From IMG/VR virus record IMGVR_UViG_3300034651_000084: DNA of 64,000 bases; one strand, 5' to 3'. This DNA is from a virus. Positions 48,251-60,100 of this stretch are shown in pieces. The translations under genes and the position numbers were made by a program. The notes below the pieces were generated by a model. The model worked only from the letters and a program-made list of their open reading frames with translations. It was not told the DNA's origin and did not search any database. Position 1 is the stretch's first letter. Each line of letters begins with the position of its first letter.

Positions 48251-48844
48251 ATGAATATTAAAGAAATAATCGAGAAACATACAGACGAAGATGGAAAAAT
48301 CAATCAAGAAGAATTCGAAAAGGAATTAAAAGAAGAACAGGCAAAAGCCTATGTACCAAAAGAAGATTTCAACTCTAAAAATAAAGAGCTAAAGAGCGCG
48401 AACGAAACTTTAGAACAGCTCAAAAAAGATAATAAAAATGTCGAAACATTACAATCACAAATCAAAGCTCATGAAACAAAAGTGACTGAACTTCAAGAAG
48501 AGTTGGCTGATGAACGCAAAACATTTGCTATCAAAGAGGCACTGCAAACAGCTGGTGCGACTGATGTTGATTATATGATGTATAAACTTGGTGATGTCGA
48601 AGTCGATGATGAAGGAAATGTAAAAGACCTAGAGAATAAAGTGAAATCATTGCAAGAAGAAAACAAAGATTTCTTTAAAGTTAAAAAAGCAACAAAAGAT
48701 GATGGCAATGGTGGTTATCGAGTAATTGATAACAAACTGGATGATGGAAATGCAACACCGTTGACCAAAAAGGATATTTACGAAAAATATCCGAATGATA
48801 AAGAAAAACGGATTGAATTAATCCAAAAACTAGAAGAGGAGTAA
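48251..48844 (+). CDS. Scaffolding protein (copy 2)
   Basis: Identical to 10344-10937. Confidence 0.88.
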   Translation: MNIKEIIEKHTDEDGKINQEEFEKELKEEQAKAYVPKEDFNSKNKELKSANETLEQLKKDNKNVETLQSQIKAHETKVTELQEELADERKTFAIKEALQTAGATDVDYMMYKLGDVEVDDEGNVKDLENKVKSLQEENKDFFKVKKATKDDGNGGYRVIDNKLDDGNATPLTKKDIYEKYPNDKEKRIELIQKLEEE

Positions 48845-48850
48845 TAAATT

Positions 48851-49702
48851 ATGCCAGTAGAATTTAATTTAGCGCCATATAGTGTTGACTTTGCAAACCA
48901 ATTTGATTTACGCACAGAAGGGTTCTTACAATTTTTTAATTTGATGTCTGTAGGGCAAGGAACATTAATTAAAGGTAAAACAGCAAATGTTGATTTAGCA
49001 GAGGACATGACACATGCAAAAGGTGCTGAAATTTCAGAGTCTGATATTCAACTTGATGAAATAGATATTGCTGAATTAATCTTTGAAGCCACCAAAGTTC
49101 GCGTGTCATACCAAGATATTCAAAAATTCGGTCGAGCAACAGCGATTGACCGTAAAGACAACGAATTAATTGATGCGTTGGCTGAACACATCGAAGACAC
49201 TTTAATCACGAATATGTCTGAGTTTGCTGAAGGCGCTGTGACAGCTGAAACTTACAAGCGAGGTTTAGCAAAAGCGGCTGGAGAAGTGAAATCTGTTCGA
49301 GGATTTAAAGGAGCAAAAGTTGTTGCTTTTGTGAATACACTCGATTACTACGACCACTTAGCAGATTCAGAAGTAGCCACTGCTCAAAGCTTATTTGGTA
49401 TGGAATATGTTGAAGATTTCTTAGGATACGATGCAATTTTCATGTCAAACAAGATTGCAGAAGGTGAATTTTTAGTTACGGCACGGAACAACTTAAACTT
49501 AGCACATATCCCGGCAAATGGTGAAGCATTCAACTCATTAGGATTAACGCCTACAGAAAACAACTTGTTAGGTGTTAAACACTACCTAGATGACGATACA
49601 GGCGACATCCTTACTAAAGCGCATTTTGGTCTTGAGGCCTTTGGTGAACGAGTCGATGCTGTTATTAAAGTGACGATTGGTGTAGAAACAGCGGGGGAAT
49701 AA
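48851..49702 (+). CDS. Major capsid protein (copy 2)
   Basis: Identical to 10944-11795; -1 extension to 49845. Confidence 0.88.
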   Translation: MPVEFNLAPYSVDFANQFDLRTEGFLQFFNLMSVGQGTLIKGKTANVDLAEDMTHAKGAEISESDIQLDEIDIAELIFEATKVRVSYQDIQKFGRATAIDRKDNELIDALAEHIEDTLITNMSEFAEGAVTAETYKRGLAKAAGEVKSVRGFKGAKVVAFVNTLDYYDHLADSEVATAQSLFGMEYVEDFLGYDAIFMSNKIAEGEFLVTARNNLNLAHIPANGEAFNSLGLTPTENNLLGVKHYLDDDTGDILTKAHFGLEAFGERVDAVIKVTIGVETAGE

Positions 49703-49883
49703 TAGGCGGTACATCCTCAACCGCAGAAATAAATAATGAGGAGTATCCACTTGCTACGGGTGGCGGTTGGTATGAATTATCCAATGGTGACAAGGCGCAA
49801 GGAAAAGAAAATGCAACAGAAGCTGAAGAAGAGTTAAAGAGGTAGGCGAGAGCCTGCCTCTTTTATTTGAAAGGTGGTAACAA

Positions 49884-50417
49884 ATGATTATCACATTAGG
49901 AGAAGCAAAAAAAATAAATCCGACACTCGAACAGGAAGATTTAGATGCATTTGAGCAAAGCGTTCGAGCATTGACCAACAACAACTTTCAAAATCGACAT
50001 GTACGATTTAAAAATGTTGAATTAGTAGAGCCGAATATTATTAAGGTTAATGGCACAATTCGTGGTCTGCGTGAAGGCGACACATTAGAGGTCAATTATA
50101 GCCACTATAACGATGGATTACATGTCATTGATGAAATACTCAGTGATAGCTTAAAAGTCCAAAATGAGCCATTTTTGACTGAGGAAACAAGCGGAATCAT
50201 GGTAACTAAAGTGGAATATCCAGCAGATATTAAGCAGGGTATTAAAAAGTTGATTGAATATGATAAAAAGATGGCGAAAAAGATTGGGATCAAGTCTGAA
50301 ACCATTTCAAGAATGAGCACAACGTATTATGATGTGAATGCAAATGATAACGTGGACGGTTACCCTGCTGCTTTGGTTTCGTTTTTAGATAAGCACGAAA
50401 AAATGAGGTGGGGCTAA
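49884..50417 (+). CDS. Head-tail adaptor (copy 2)
   Basis: Identical to 11977-12510. Confidence 0.75.
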   Translation: MIITLGEAKKINPTLEQEDLDAFEQSVRALTNNNFQNRHVRFKNVELVEPNIIKVNGTIRGLREGDTLEVNYSHYNDGLHVIDEILSDSLKVQNEPFLTEETSGIMVTKVEYPADIKQGIKKLIEYDKKMAKKIGIKSETISRMSTTYYDVNANDNVDGYPAALVSFLDKHEKMRWG

Positions 50418-50743
50418 TGGCTACAAAGGAGTTTGTTATTCAGAAAAAGATCGAAACAGATGATGGCATTGGTGGGCTAATTGAAACGTGGAGTGAATTT
50501 GACACGGTAGACGGTTATTTAGACCTTGTGACAGGCACAGACCTTAATACCGTTCAGAATGCGTTTGTGGAACAATCTACGCACATTTTAATTATTCCAG
50601 AATTTACAGAGGGTATAACAGACAGTATGCGTGTAATTGATGATGATAATCGTTATTACACGATTACGTATTCTGATGACCCGGTAGGTCAGAAACACCA
50701 CAATGAAATCTATTGTAAATATGGTGGTGTAATTAATGAGTAA
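50417..50743 (+). CDS. Head closure protein (copy 2)
   Basis: Identical to 12510-12836. Confidence 0.8.
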   Translation: MATKEFVIQKKIETDDGIGGLIETWSEFDTVDGYLDLVTGTDLNTVQNAFVEQSTHILIIPEFTEGITDSMRVIDDDNRYYTITYSDDPVGQKHHNEIYCKYGGVINE

Positions 50744-51161
50744 TTTTGAATTCGAAGACAATTCTGAAGAAGCTAAGAAACAACTGAAAAACGCTAATGA
50801 AGCGGGGATGTTAGCCGCTTTGTTATTGGCTGAAGCTAGTGGGAAAGCACTAGCGCCTGTTGATGGTGGGCAACTTAGAGATACACTAGATCATGAAATT
50901 GAAACGAATGGCACTGAAGTTACTGGAAAAATGGGTTCGCCCCTTGATTATGCAATTTATCCAGAGTTTGGTACAGGAGAATTTGCAGAGAATGGTGCGG
51001 GGAGAAAAGGTGGATGGTCTTATCAAGACGAGGAAGGTAATTGGCGGCACACCAAAGGTCAATTGCCACAACCTTATTTGAGACCGGCTTTTAGGAATAA
51101 TAGACAACGCATTATCGATGAATTAGGAAAAGCTTATGGCGTTCAATTCAAAGGGAAGTGA
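50736..51161 (+). CDS. HK97 gp10-like protein (copy 2)
   Basis: Identical to 12829-13254. Confidence 0.85.
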   Translation: MSNFEFEDNSEEAKKQLKNANEAGMLAALLLAEASGKALAPVDGGQLRDTLDHEIETNGTEVTGKMGSPLDYAIYPEFGTGEFAENGAGRKGGWSYQDEEGNWRHTKGQLPQPYLRPAFRNNRQRIIDELGKAYGVQFKGK

Positions 51162-51167
51162 TAACAA

Positions 51168-51536
51168 TTGATTGAATTTTTAAAAGAGTTAACTTCTCAA
51201 TTTAAGCGGGTAACAAGCGAAAGTTTTCATGAGAATAACCAAAAAAAAGAAGTCATTTATCCTTATTTAACCTATGACTTTGACTCAGAAGCATTAGAAA
51301 GAAATCAAGACGGCTTTTACATCGATGTGGATATATTTGATAATAATTCAAGTTACATGAATATTTTTCAACTCGAAGACGAATTAAAGAAGCACTTTAA
51401 AGACAACCGAAAACTAACAGATAAATTGTTTATCCGTTTTAACTTTTTGAGGTCTATGAAAGTACCAACGAACGACGATAAAATAAAAAGAAGAAACTTG
51501 CAATTTTATTGCAAAGTTGATTGGAGAGATAAATAA
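51168..51536 (+). CDS. Tail terminator (copy 2)
   Basis: Identical to 13261-13629. Confidence 0.7.
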   Translation: MIEFLKELTSQFKRVTSESFHENNQKKEVIYPYLTYDFDSEALERNQDGFYIDVDIFDNNSSYMNIFQLEDELKKHFKDNRKLTDKLFIRFNFLRSMKVPTNDDKIKRRNLQFYCKVDWRDK

Positions 51537-51537
51537 A

Positions 51538-52227
51538 ATGAGTTTACAAAAATCAGGTTACACAGAAAAATCTTCCGAAAGTTTTTTAATTGATGCAGCA
51601 GTCATTTATTCGAACGTGGCATTCTCAGAGGCCGACGGCTTTGTTGGCGAATTATTAGGGGCAACCAGTGGTGGTGTGAATTTAACGATAGAAACAGCGT
51701 ATCGTGACCGCGAAGTGGATGGAACAGGCCACACTCGTGTTAAGGGTCTAAAAGCGTTAGAGTCCGCTGTAGGAACAGCAACAGCAAATGTCAAAGAGTT
51801 AACAGCTGAAAGTATTAGAAAGTCATTAAATGGAACAATTCGCGAGGCAAGAGAAGATGAAGCTCCATCGGGCTATCAAGTTATTGAATCAAAGCGCTAT
51901 GTAGAGGGCGGCGACTTTTTGGACAATGTGGCTTTTGTAGGAGTAATAAGTGGTTCGACTAAACCAATTATCGCTATTTTAGACAATGCGTTATGCACGA
52001 CAGGGCTAACTATTGAGACAGAAGATAACAATGAAGCCGTTGTTGAGCAAACATTCGAAGCACATGCGGATACAGAGCAGCTTCAAAAGGATGAGTTTCC
52101 GTGGAGAATCTTTTATCCAAATGTAGAAGGTACTACAGAAGGCACACAAGGAGCAAGTGGTCAGACACTGAACAGAAAAGTTGCAGCACCAGTAAAAAAT
52201 ACTAAAGAAGCTGAAGATAAAAAATAA
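51538..52227 (+). CDS. Major tail protein (copy 2)
   Basis: Identical to 13631-14320. Confidence 0.85.
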   Translation: MSLQKSGYTEKSSESFLIDAAVIYSNVAFSEADGFVGELLGATSGGVNLTIETAYRDREVDGTGHTRVKGLKALESAVGTATANVKELTAESIRKSLNGTIREAREDEAPSGYQVIESKRYVEGGDFLDNVAFVGVISGSTKPIIAILDNALCTTGLTIETEDNNEAVVEQTFEAHADTEQLQKDEFPWRIFYPNVEGTTEGTQGASGQTLNRKVAAPVKNTKEAEDKK

Positions 52228-52244
52228 GACTAGGGGCGATTTAA

Positions 52245-52993
52245 ATGAGTTTAGAGATGCGAGAGTTAAAAGGCGATGACCTATTCACAATATTATCAAT
52301 CGTTGGAAAATTGGACATCAAAGATGAATTTGTGAAGATGTTCGAAACCAATGCGGAATCAGTTTCTACAATTCAGTTATCTGATTATAAAGATAAAGAC
52401 CCAACTAAAGCTGAGCAAAAGAAAATTGAAAAACAAAAAGCTAAGGCCGAGGCAGAAACCGAGGCCCGTGGTATGGAAGCAATGGCGGGCATTATGCAAA
52501 CAGTGCTCTTAAATATCAATAAAATTAAAGGAGACATTAATTCTTTATTAGCTGATTTAACTGGTGAATCGATTGAAACGATTGAACAATTAGGATTAAA
52601 AGAATACACCGGTTTAATTGTTGCGTTTTTCAAGAAGGAAGAACTAAAAGATTTTTTCTCATCTATCGCATCATTAATGTAAATGGTGTCGATGAATTCA
52701 AAATAAAAGATATCTTGTTTAGAAGGTATGCGAATCCGTTAGATCTCATGGGAACTTACACCCTTGAAGGTTTAGCGGATTTTATTTTGAAATTATTTAA
52801 AGAAGAGAATGAAGAGCAATTATGGGAAGTATGGCTTAATAAACCGATTGAAGATGACTTTAAAACATTTAAAGAAGAACAAGTTAAAAAGGCTCATCAA
52901 ACGAAATATAAAATTATTTCTATTGAAGAAGAAAAAAGAAATATTAAAAACAGTATGAAATTTATCAAACCACGACCGGAAGGCGGTGAGTGA
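52245..52993 (+). CDS. Tail assembly chaperones G/GT (copy 2)
   Basis: Identical to 14338-15086. Confidence 0.78.
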
Positions 52994-55900
52994 TATCGAA
53001 ATTTTTAAATTATTTGGCTCGATTGGAGCAGATACAGGTGAAGCCGATAAAGCTATTGATAAAGTAACGAATAATGCAAAGAAAGCCGGTAAAACTTTAG
53101 GTAATATCGGAACTGCAATGGCAGATGTTGGGAAAAAGATGACAGCCGCTATAACACTTCCGGCAGTCGGTGCAGTTGCAGCAAGTATCGCATCATTTGC
53201 TGATTTAGAGCAGGCTATCGGTGGTATTGAAACATTGTTCAAAGGTAGTGCCGATGCAGTTATAAAAAACTCAGAGTCTGCTTATATGCGAGCGGGTGTT
53301 TCCGGAACACAATACATGGAGCAAGTAACTAGCTTTAGTGCAACGTTGCTTCAAGGGTTAGGTGGAGACACTGAGGAAGCTGCAAAATACGCAGACACGG
53401 CCATGGTTGACATGTCAGACAATGCCAATAAATTTGGTACAAATATAGAATCTGTGCAAGATGCTTACCAAGGTTTTGCGAAAGACAACTACACCATGCT
53501 GGACAACCTTAAGTTAGGTTATGGCGGGACGGCGGGCGAAATGGCTCGTTTGATCAATGAATCTGGTGTTCTAGGCGATACATTCGAGGCCACAGCAGAA
53601 AACGTCAACGAAATTCCTTTTCACGTTATGGTAGAAGCGATTCATGAAATCCAAAACGAAATGGATATTACTGGTACAACAGCGCTCGAAGCAGAAGAAA
53701 CGGTTTCGGGTTCTTTCGGTATGATGAAGGCTAGTCTCCAAGATTTAGCTGCTGGTTTTGGTCAAGAAGGCGCTGATATAGAAATGTTAATGGGAAACTT
53801 AGCTGATTCCATAGGGGTCTTTGTAGATAATATCAAACGTGTTTTAGGCAATATGTGGGACAACTTACCGCTTGCTGAATGGCAAAAATGGGTCGGTGTA
53901 ATCATTGTTGCTGCAGGCCCTTTGTTAGTCATGTTTGGAACATTAATTTCAGGCCTTGGAGCAGTAGTCACCGCGTTTAGTGGAGCATCTACCATAATGG
54001 GCGGACTAGCTGCTCTTTTTCCAAACCTAGCTGCAGGATTAGGGTTATTAAAAACGGCGTTTAGTACTTTGCTTGGTCCTGTTGGTTTAGTCATAGCGGC
54101 AATCGCAGGAATCGTTGCAGTCATCGTGCACTTGTATAACACTAACGAAGAGTTTAGGACAGTTGTTCAAGAAATTTGGACAAATATTCAATCGATTTTC
54201 GAAGAAGTCACACAAATCATTTCAGAAGTATTAACAATGGCGTTTGACACTCTTGCAACGTGGTGGGCAGATAATCAACAACAGTTTTACGATGTTATAG
54301 ACCGTGTATGGTCATCTATTTCAGACTTCTTTATTACGGTGTTTACAGCCATCGGAGACATAATCATGGCGGTTTGGGGGCCGATATCTTTCTGGTATCA
54401 AAACAATCAGGAAGAGATTAAACAAACCATTGAAACGGTTTGGAGCGCAATATCTAACACCTTTATGACGATTATGGAAACAGTCGGCGGTCACGTTAGC
54501 AGAGGGTTTGAGTTGATTTCAAGCGTGATTGAATTTGTTATGCCTCATGTTCAAACAATTATTGATAACGTGATGTTTGCGATTAGTAATGTCATAAATT
54601 TAGTCATGGCTATCATTAATAGAGACTGGGGATCTGCTTGGGAAGCAATACAAAAGATTATAGATAGTACTTGGGTTGCGATTAAAAACATTATCAGCTT
54701 AGGTATTGATATTCTAAAAACAATTATCTCGACCGCTTGGAATGCAATAAAAGAGCTAACTTCAACCGTTTGGAATAGTATAAAAGACTTTTTCTCAGAA
54801 CTTTGGACCTCAATAACTACAAGAGCAACAGAAGCCTGGAATGGATTTAAAACATTCCTTTCAGAATTATGGATTTCCATTACTACACCATTAAAAGAAA
54901 CGTGGGAAGGGATTAAAACATTCTTTTCTGATACGTGGACAAGTATTTCAACAAGTACTTCAGATACCTGGAACGGTATCAAAGAATACTTTGCTAATCT
55001 TTGGAGCGGCATCGTAGCAACCGCCCAAGAAATATGGGCGCCTATCGCTGAATTCTTTACGAATTTATGGGAAGGAGTCAAACAAGTATTTACATTTGCT
55101 TGGGATGCCATTCAATTGGTTTTAACGGCTGCTTTTGGTGCTATTATGGTTTTATTTGTAACGGTTTGGAACGCTATTGCAGATGTTATAAATACCGTCA
55201 TGGGGGAAATATACAATGTCATTATGACTATTTGGAACGGTATAAAAGGCTATATAGAAACCATTATGAATACCGTAAAAGGCATCATTTCAACGATTTG
55301 GGAAAATATCTCATCAGCTATTACAATAGCTCTCAATAATATTAAAACAACTGTTACAAACATTTGGAATACCATTAAAGATACTACTTCAACTGTATGG
55401 AACGCTGTAAGCACAGGAATCGCAAACATATGGAATCGAATTAAAACGACTATTACAAATACCGCTAATTCGGTATGGACAACAGTAAATAACGTCTGGA
55501 ATCGAATTAAAACGACAACGCAAACAATTTGGAATAATATTTCAACAACAATTATGAATATTTGGAACCGGATTAAAGGGTTAGTTACTAGCGCGATTAA
55601 TGCAGTGAAAAATATCGTTACAAATACTTGGAATTCAATAAAAAGCACCACTTCCAACATTTGGAACTCAATCAGAAACACGATTACAAATGTTTGGAAC
55701 CGAATCAAAACAAGTGTGTCGAATGCTATAAACCGCGTGAAAACAACAGTTACTAACGTGTTTAATTCGGTTAAAAGCAATGTGTCAAGAATTTGGAATA
55801 ATATTAAAAATGCCATCACTCGACCAATTAATGATGCGAGAGATGCAGTTAAAAGAGCTATCGATAGAATTAAAGGGTTCTTTGATTTTGAATGGAGTTT

Positions 55901-56327
55901 ACCGAAGTTGAAACTGCCTAGAATTAGCATTCAAGGTGGATTTAGTCTAGCACCACCAAAAGTACCAAAATTTGGTATTGAATGGTATAGAGATGGTGGT
56001 ATTTTACAAAAGGCTATGGCATTTGGCATGAATGGTAATGACATCATGGTTGGCGGAGAAGCCGGAAAAGAAGCGGTACTACCGTTAAACCGCGAAACGC
56101 TTGGCGGTATAGGTAGAGGTATCTCCGACACAATGAACATGAGCAACGCGGAATTAATAGGATTGCTCGAAGACATTAAAGAACAACTCATTGGCTTGTT
56201 GAACAAAAACGAAACGATTGTCGTACAAGTTGATGGGCGAACAATTGCACGAGTAACACGTGATCCAATGGATAGAGAATTTGGTAAAAAAGAAAGAGAT
56301 AAAAATCAAGCAAAGGGGCGTAAGTAA
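52986..56327 (+). CDS. Tape measure protein (copy 2)
   Basis: Identical to 15079-18420. Confidence 0.95.
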   Translation: MSDIEIFKLFGSIGADTGEADKAIDKVTNNAKKAGKTLGNIGTAMADVGKKMTAAITLPAVGAVAASIASFADLEQAIGGIETLFKGSADAVIKNSESAYMRAGVSGTQYMEQVTSFSATLLQGLGGDTEEAAKYADTAMVDMSDNANKFGTNIESVQDAYQGFAKDNYTMLDNLKLGYGGTAGEMARLINESGVLGDTFEATAENVNEIPFHVMVEAIHEIQNEMDITGTTALEAEETVSGSFGMMKASLQDLAAGFGQEGADIEMLMGNLADSIGVFVDNIKRVLGNMWDNLPLAEWQKWVGVIIVAAGPLLVMFGTLISGLGAVVTAFSGASTIMGGLAALFPNLAAGLGLLKTAFSTLLGPVGLVIAAIAGIVAVIVHLYNTNEEFRTVVQEIWTNIQSIFEEVTQIISEVLTMAFDTLATWWADNQQQFYDVIDRVWSSISDFFITVFTAIGDIIMAVWGPISFWYQNNQEEIKQTIETVWSAISNTFMTIMETVGGHVSRGFELISSVIEFVMPHVQTIIDNVMFAISNVINLVMAIINRDWGSAWEAIQKIIDSTWVAIKNIISLGIDILKTIISTAWNAIKELTSTVWNSIKDFFSELWTSITTRATEAWNGFKTFLSELWISITTPLKETWEGIKTFFSDTWTSISTSTSDTWNGIKEYFANLWSGIVATAQEIWAPIAEFFTNLWEGVKQVFTFAWDAIQLVLTAAFGAIMVLFVTVWNAIADVINTVMGEIYNVIMTIWNGIKGYIETIMNTVKGIISTIWENISSAITIALNNIKTTVTNIWNTIKDTTSTVWNAVSTGIANIWNRIKTTITNTANSVWTTVNNVWNRIKTTTQTIWNNISTTIMNIWNRIKGLVTSAINAVKNIVTNTWNSIKSTTSNIWNSIRNTITNVWNRIKTSVSNAINRVKTTVTNVFNSVKSNVSRIWNNIKNAITRPINDARDAVKRAIDRIKGFFDFEWSLPKLKLPRISIQGGFSLAPPKVPKFGIEWYRDGGILQKAMAFGMNGNDIMVGGEAGKEAVLPLNRETLGGIGRGISDTMNMSNAELIGLLEDIKEQLIGLLNKNETIVVQVDGRTIARVTRDPMDREFGKKERDKNQAKGRK

Positions 56328-57016
56328 TGTTAGATGTATTATTTGATGGCGAAAGTTTAACAGATGTTTTTGGGATTACGTTATCAGAGCGCCCAGTCAT
56401 TCCTGTCGCAAACGCTGTTTATAGCGAGTACTCGGTACCTGGGCGAAATGGCGCTTTGCAAATATTTGAAAACTATGATGATGTGCCAATCAACTTAAAA
56501 TTTAATTATATTGACAAACGTGCGAAACCTAAGTTTCGTGAAATTGTAAATTGGTTAAGCGATAAAGAAACATTTAGATTGTCAGACAGTCAGAACTATC
56601 GTGTGTTAACGCAGCCATTGATTGGTATATCTGATGGCACCAATGATATTAAAGGGTGGTGCGATTTTGAACTTGATTTACTAACAGAATCTTTTGAGTA
56701 TGAGGACGTTGGAACAGAAAAAATCGAAGATGAGATAATTCTTTATAACCCCTCTCAGATTGATGCGCCAGTTATTATGCGCGTCTATGGGAATGGTGTA
56801 TGTCGCGTGCGTATTAATGGCGACTTAATAGAACTCATTGATGTTCAAGAACAAACAACCATTGATGGCGTTTTAAAAATTGCGCATCGTGGCGGGGCTT
56901 CTCAGGATAATAATATGAGTGGCCAGTATCCACTACTATTACCTGGAGAAAACACAATAAGTGTTGAAGGTAGTACGGAATATGTCGAAGTTGATGTTAG
57001 GTGGTGCTGGCGTTGA
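56327..57016 (+). CDS. Distal tail protein (copy 2)
   Basis: Identical to 18420-19109. Confidence 0.85.
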   Translation: MLDVLFDGESLTDVFGITLSERPVIPVANAVYSEYSVPGRNGALQIFENYDDVPINLKFNYIDKRAKPKFREIVNWLSDKETFRLSDSQNYRVLTQPLIGISDGTNDIKGWCDFELDLLTESFEYEDVGTEKIEDEIILYNPSQIDAPVIMRVYGNGVCRVRINGDLIELIDVQEQTTIDGVLKIAHRGGASQDNNMSGQYPLLLPGENTISVEGSTEYVEVDVRWCWR

Positions 57017-59895
57017 TTACTTTACACCATGCAGAAGAAGAAAATTTTAATAAAAATGGCTATGGTGTTCTCGACGACCTTATTTTTGATAATGAGAAAG
57101 GCACTTGGGAGCTAAACGGCGAATTTAAAATATCGCTAGAGCTCCCGGCCATCACTCGTTTTACAGAACACATCAAAGAAAAAAACATTATCCAGGCGCC
57201 AGTGCCATTTATGGACAGGCAGCGTTTTAGAATATATCGAGTTGAAAAAACTTTAGATTCTATTTTTGTAGAAGCAAAACATACCTTTTATGATTTATTA
57301 GATAATTGGATTGAAGACACGAACATCGTAGGTCAAAACGGCCATTTAGCTATACAACAATTATTGAACAGAACACAATACCCGCATCCTTTTACGGGGT
57401 CATCGAATATGAACAACAGAGCCAATGCTCGTATGGTGCGAATGAACCCTGTTGAAGCGATTTTAGACGATGGTAAGGCAAATACCTTCATTAGTCGTTG
57501 GGGCGGTGAATTGGTGCGAGATAACCACTCAATTGAGATGTTAGAGCGCCGCGGGAGCGATAGAGGTATCGTTATCGAACACCGGAAAGACTTACTTGGT
57601 TACAATGCAACAATCGACACTTCAACGATTGTCACAAGGATTCACCCAGTAGGTTTTGATGGATTAACCCTTCCGGAAAAGTACATTGATAGCCCCAAAA
57701 TGGATCCGCAACATCCTGTTATTAAAGAAATTAAATACAGCGATGTAAAGGCTGCTGTGGGTGAACATGCTGGTGATGAGGATGCTATTCCGTTAACACA
57801 AGCTTATGACGAATTGCGGCGATTAGCACGCGAAGAATTTTCTGTTCATAATGCAGATGAACCAGAAACAACAATTAACGTTGACTTTGTAGCTTTACAC
57901 AACACTGAACAATATAAAAAGTACAGCCATTTGCAAGAAGTTAAAGCAGGCGACACCGTTCATGTCGAAGCGCCAATGCATGAATTTGAAATTACAAGTC
58001 GTTTAGTTGCTTTTGAGTGGAGTTTATTAAGAAACAATCATTACACAAGTACCACTTTAGGAAATCATGTTTATGAATTTACATCAAACAATACACAAGT
58101 TGACGATTTAAGGCGCGAAATTGATGAGAATAGGCAGCAGACCATCGTGGCTATTCGCTCAGCCAATAAACGAAATACAAACTATTACGGAACGATACAT
58201 CCAAATGATGCTGACATCAACGCACGTGAAGGTGACCTTTACTATTGGGAAAACGGCGAGGAAACAACATTCTTTATTTACACTGAAAAAGATGGTGAAT
58301 TGTATTGGCGTGAAGTTGTCTCTACAGCCGTCAATCAAGAGATTGAAAGACGTTTGGAAGAAGCGAAAGAACTTGCTGAAAAAGCTCAAACTGCAGCAGA
58401 TGATAACCGAAAACGTGTTGATGATGCACTAGGTCGCATTGATGTAAACGTGGATGCATTAGAAACGCACGACGATTTGATTAGTGAAGCAAGAGGTATT
58501 GCAGAAGGTGCAAGAGACCAAGCTGAGAACATCATCAATAATAGCGGGACGGTCTTAGGTTTAGATGACATTAATAGTGCCATCGATGATATCAAAGACC
58601 CAACAAGCAACACTTGGCGCGATATTTTAGCCAGTAGTAGCGGTCATTTGGTGCAATACACGGAAGAAAATAACCAAGAAGTTTTAAGTAGTGCATCAAC
58701 TCAAACAGCTAATCAAATAACCGATGCACTGACTAGTTACGTTGAAGAGTCTACGCTTGATGGTGAGCTTACAGAGCTTCATACAAATATAACCACTGAA
58801 ACATCTGAATTAATTAATACCACACTCACAGATTACGCAAGACATACTGATTTAAATGATTTTGTTACCGAAGAAATCATGTCCAATGAAATTGAATCGA
58901 CTGCTGAAGACACGCGCCAATTAATCACAAACATTAAAAATGACCCAGCAGGCGAATTGGTAGGCTACAACGAGATTATTAACACGGTGGACAAACACAC
59001 GCAAACAATCGGAAGTGACGGCGGAAGCATTGCACAAAAAGTAATGTCTGAGGAATTGTTTAGAGAAAGTGTTACAAATCCTCTGAACGAAACGTCAACA
59101 ACCGTTGATCAAATAAGTGATTCATGGGCACTGGCACTTACAAGTGGTGATGATATCGTTACAGAGATTAATGCGACAACAAGCGGTGCGCGTATCGCTG
59201 GGAAAAATATTATCTTAGATGGTGATGTATTTGTTCGTGGTACGTTTACGGTTACGGACGAAGTGTTCGCTGAAGAAATGAATATCAGTAAATTTACAAC
59301 TGGAACACTAAATGCTGCAGAAGTTAATTTAATCAATGTGAATGCTAAAAATATTGCGGGTGAAAATGCCAACTTAATTCGAGCAAGTTTTAATGCTATG
59401 GATAGTTATTTAACTATTGATGGTGTAGGTTTACGAATAGATTCAACGTATTCCTGGGACTTAGAACTGAATAATTATGGAATACAGGTAAAACTGGAAG
59501 ATTCCTGGCGAAGTGCTATGGGGCGTTTTGGGGGCATCACTGAGTTAGTAGACCAAAATGCCGCAGTGGGCGTGGGAATGATTGCTAATCGAGGATCCAA
59601 AGCAGTTATTGGTTTTGGTTCTACTGAAGAGGAGCCTTTTTATCATGAAGCGGCAATTAGTGTAGATGGGACTACCGGAGCTATACAAGTATTAGGTAAC
59701 ACTGAGATTATTGTTGGTCCTACAACCTCTCAGGGTAATCGTTTTAGAATAGTTAACGAAGACGCTACTTATGTTGGTTTAGAAGCTGCAAATGGTCAAA
59801 GTGGTATTTATTTAGGTGACAATGGTCAAATATTAGTTAGAGTACATGGCTCAAGAATGACGTTACAGGAATATATCTATATGCATCAGTACTAA
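57001..59895 (+). CDS. Tal / tail tip protein (copy 2)
   Basis: Identical to 19094-21988. Confidence 0.85.
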   Translation: MVLALITLHHAEEENFNKNGYGVLDDLIFDNEKGTWELNGEFKISLELPAITRFTEHIKEKNIIQAPVPFMDRQRFRIYRVEKTLDSIFVEAKHTFYDLLDNWIEDTNIVGQNGHLAIQQLLNRTQYPHPFTGSSNMNNRANARMVRMNPVEAILDDGKANTFISRWGGELVRDNHSIEMLERRGSDRGIVIEHRKDLLGYNATIDTSTIVTRIHPVGFDGLTLPEKYIDSPKMDPQHPVIKEIKYSDVKAAVGEHAGDEDAIPLTQAYDELRRLAREEFSVHNADEPETTINVDFVALHNTEQYKKYSHLQEVKAGDTVHVEAPMHEFEITSRLVAFEWSLLRNNHYTSTTLGNHVYEFTSNNTQVDDLRREIDENRQQTIVAIRSANKRNTNYYGTIHPNDADINAREGDLYYWENGEETTFFIYTEKDGELYWREVVSTAVNQEIERRLEEAKELAEKAQTAADDNRKRVDDALGRIDVNVDALETHDDLISEARGIAEGARDQAENIINNSGTVLGLDDINSAIDDIKDPTSNTWRDILASSSGHLVQYTEENNQEVLSSASTQTANQITDALTSYVEESTLDGELTELHTNITTETSELINTTLTDYARHTDLNDFVTEEIMSNEIESTAEDTRQLITNIKNDPAGELVGYNEIINTVDKHTQTIGSDGGSIAQKVMSEELFRESVTNPLNETSTTVDQISDSWALALTSGDDIVTEINATTSGARIAGKNIILDGDVFVRGTFTVTDEVFAEEMNISKFTTGTLNAAEVNLINVNAKNIAGENANLIRASFNAMDSYLTIDGVGLRIDSTYSWDLELNNYGIQVKLEDSWRSAMGRFGGITELVDQNAAVGVGMIANRGSKAVIGFGSTEEEPFYHEAAISVDGTTGAIQVLGNTEIIVGPTTSQGNRFRIVNEDATYVGLEAANGQSGIYLGDNGQILVRVHGSRMTLQEYIYMHQY

Positions 59896-59904
59896 ATAAG
59901 GGGT

Positions 59905-60096
59905 GTGGAAATGAACGAAACAGCAGTAAGTAGAGTAATTGAAAGTTACGCGGTTGAAAATGCACAGAATCGCGTTCAAATTGCGACGTTACAAGAAAAA
60001 TTAAAAGAAGCACAAAAGGAATTAAACGAACTGAAGCAGGTTAATGAAAAAGAAGATGAAAAAAACATCAAAGAAAGCGGTCAGAAAAGAGGGTAA
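59905..60096 (+). CDS. Small coiled-coil protein (copy 2)
   Basis: Identical to 21998-22189. Confidence 0.65.
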   Translation: MEMNETAVSRVIESYAVENAQNRVQIATLQEKLKEAQKELNELKQVNEKEDEKNIKESGQKRG

Positions 60097-60100
60097 ATAA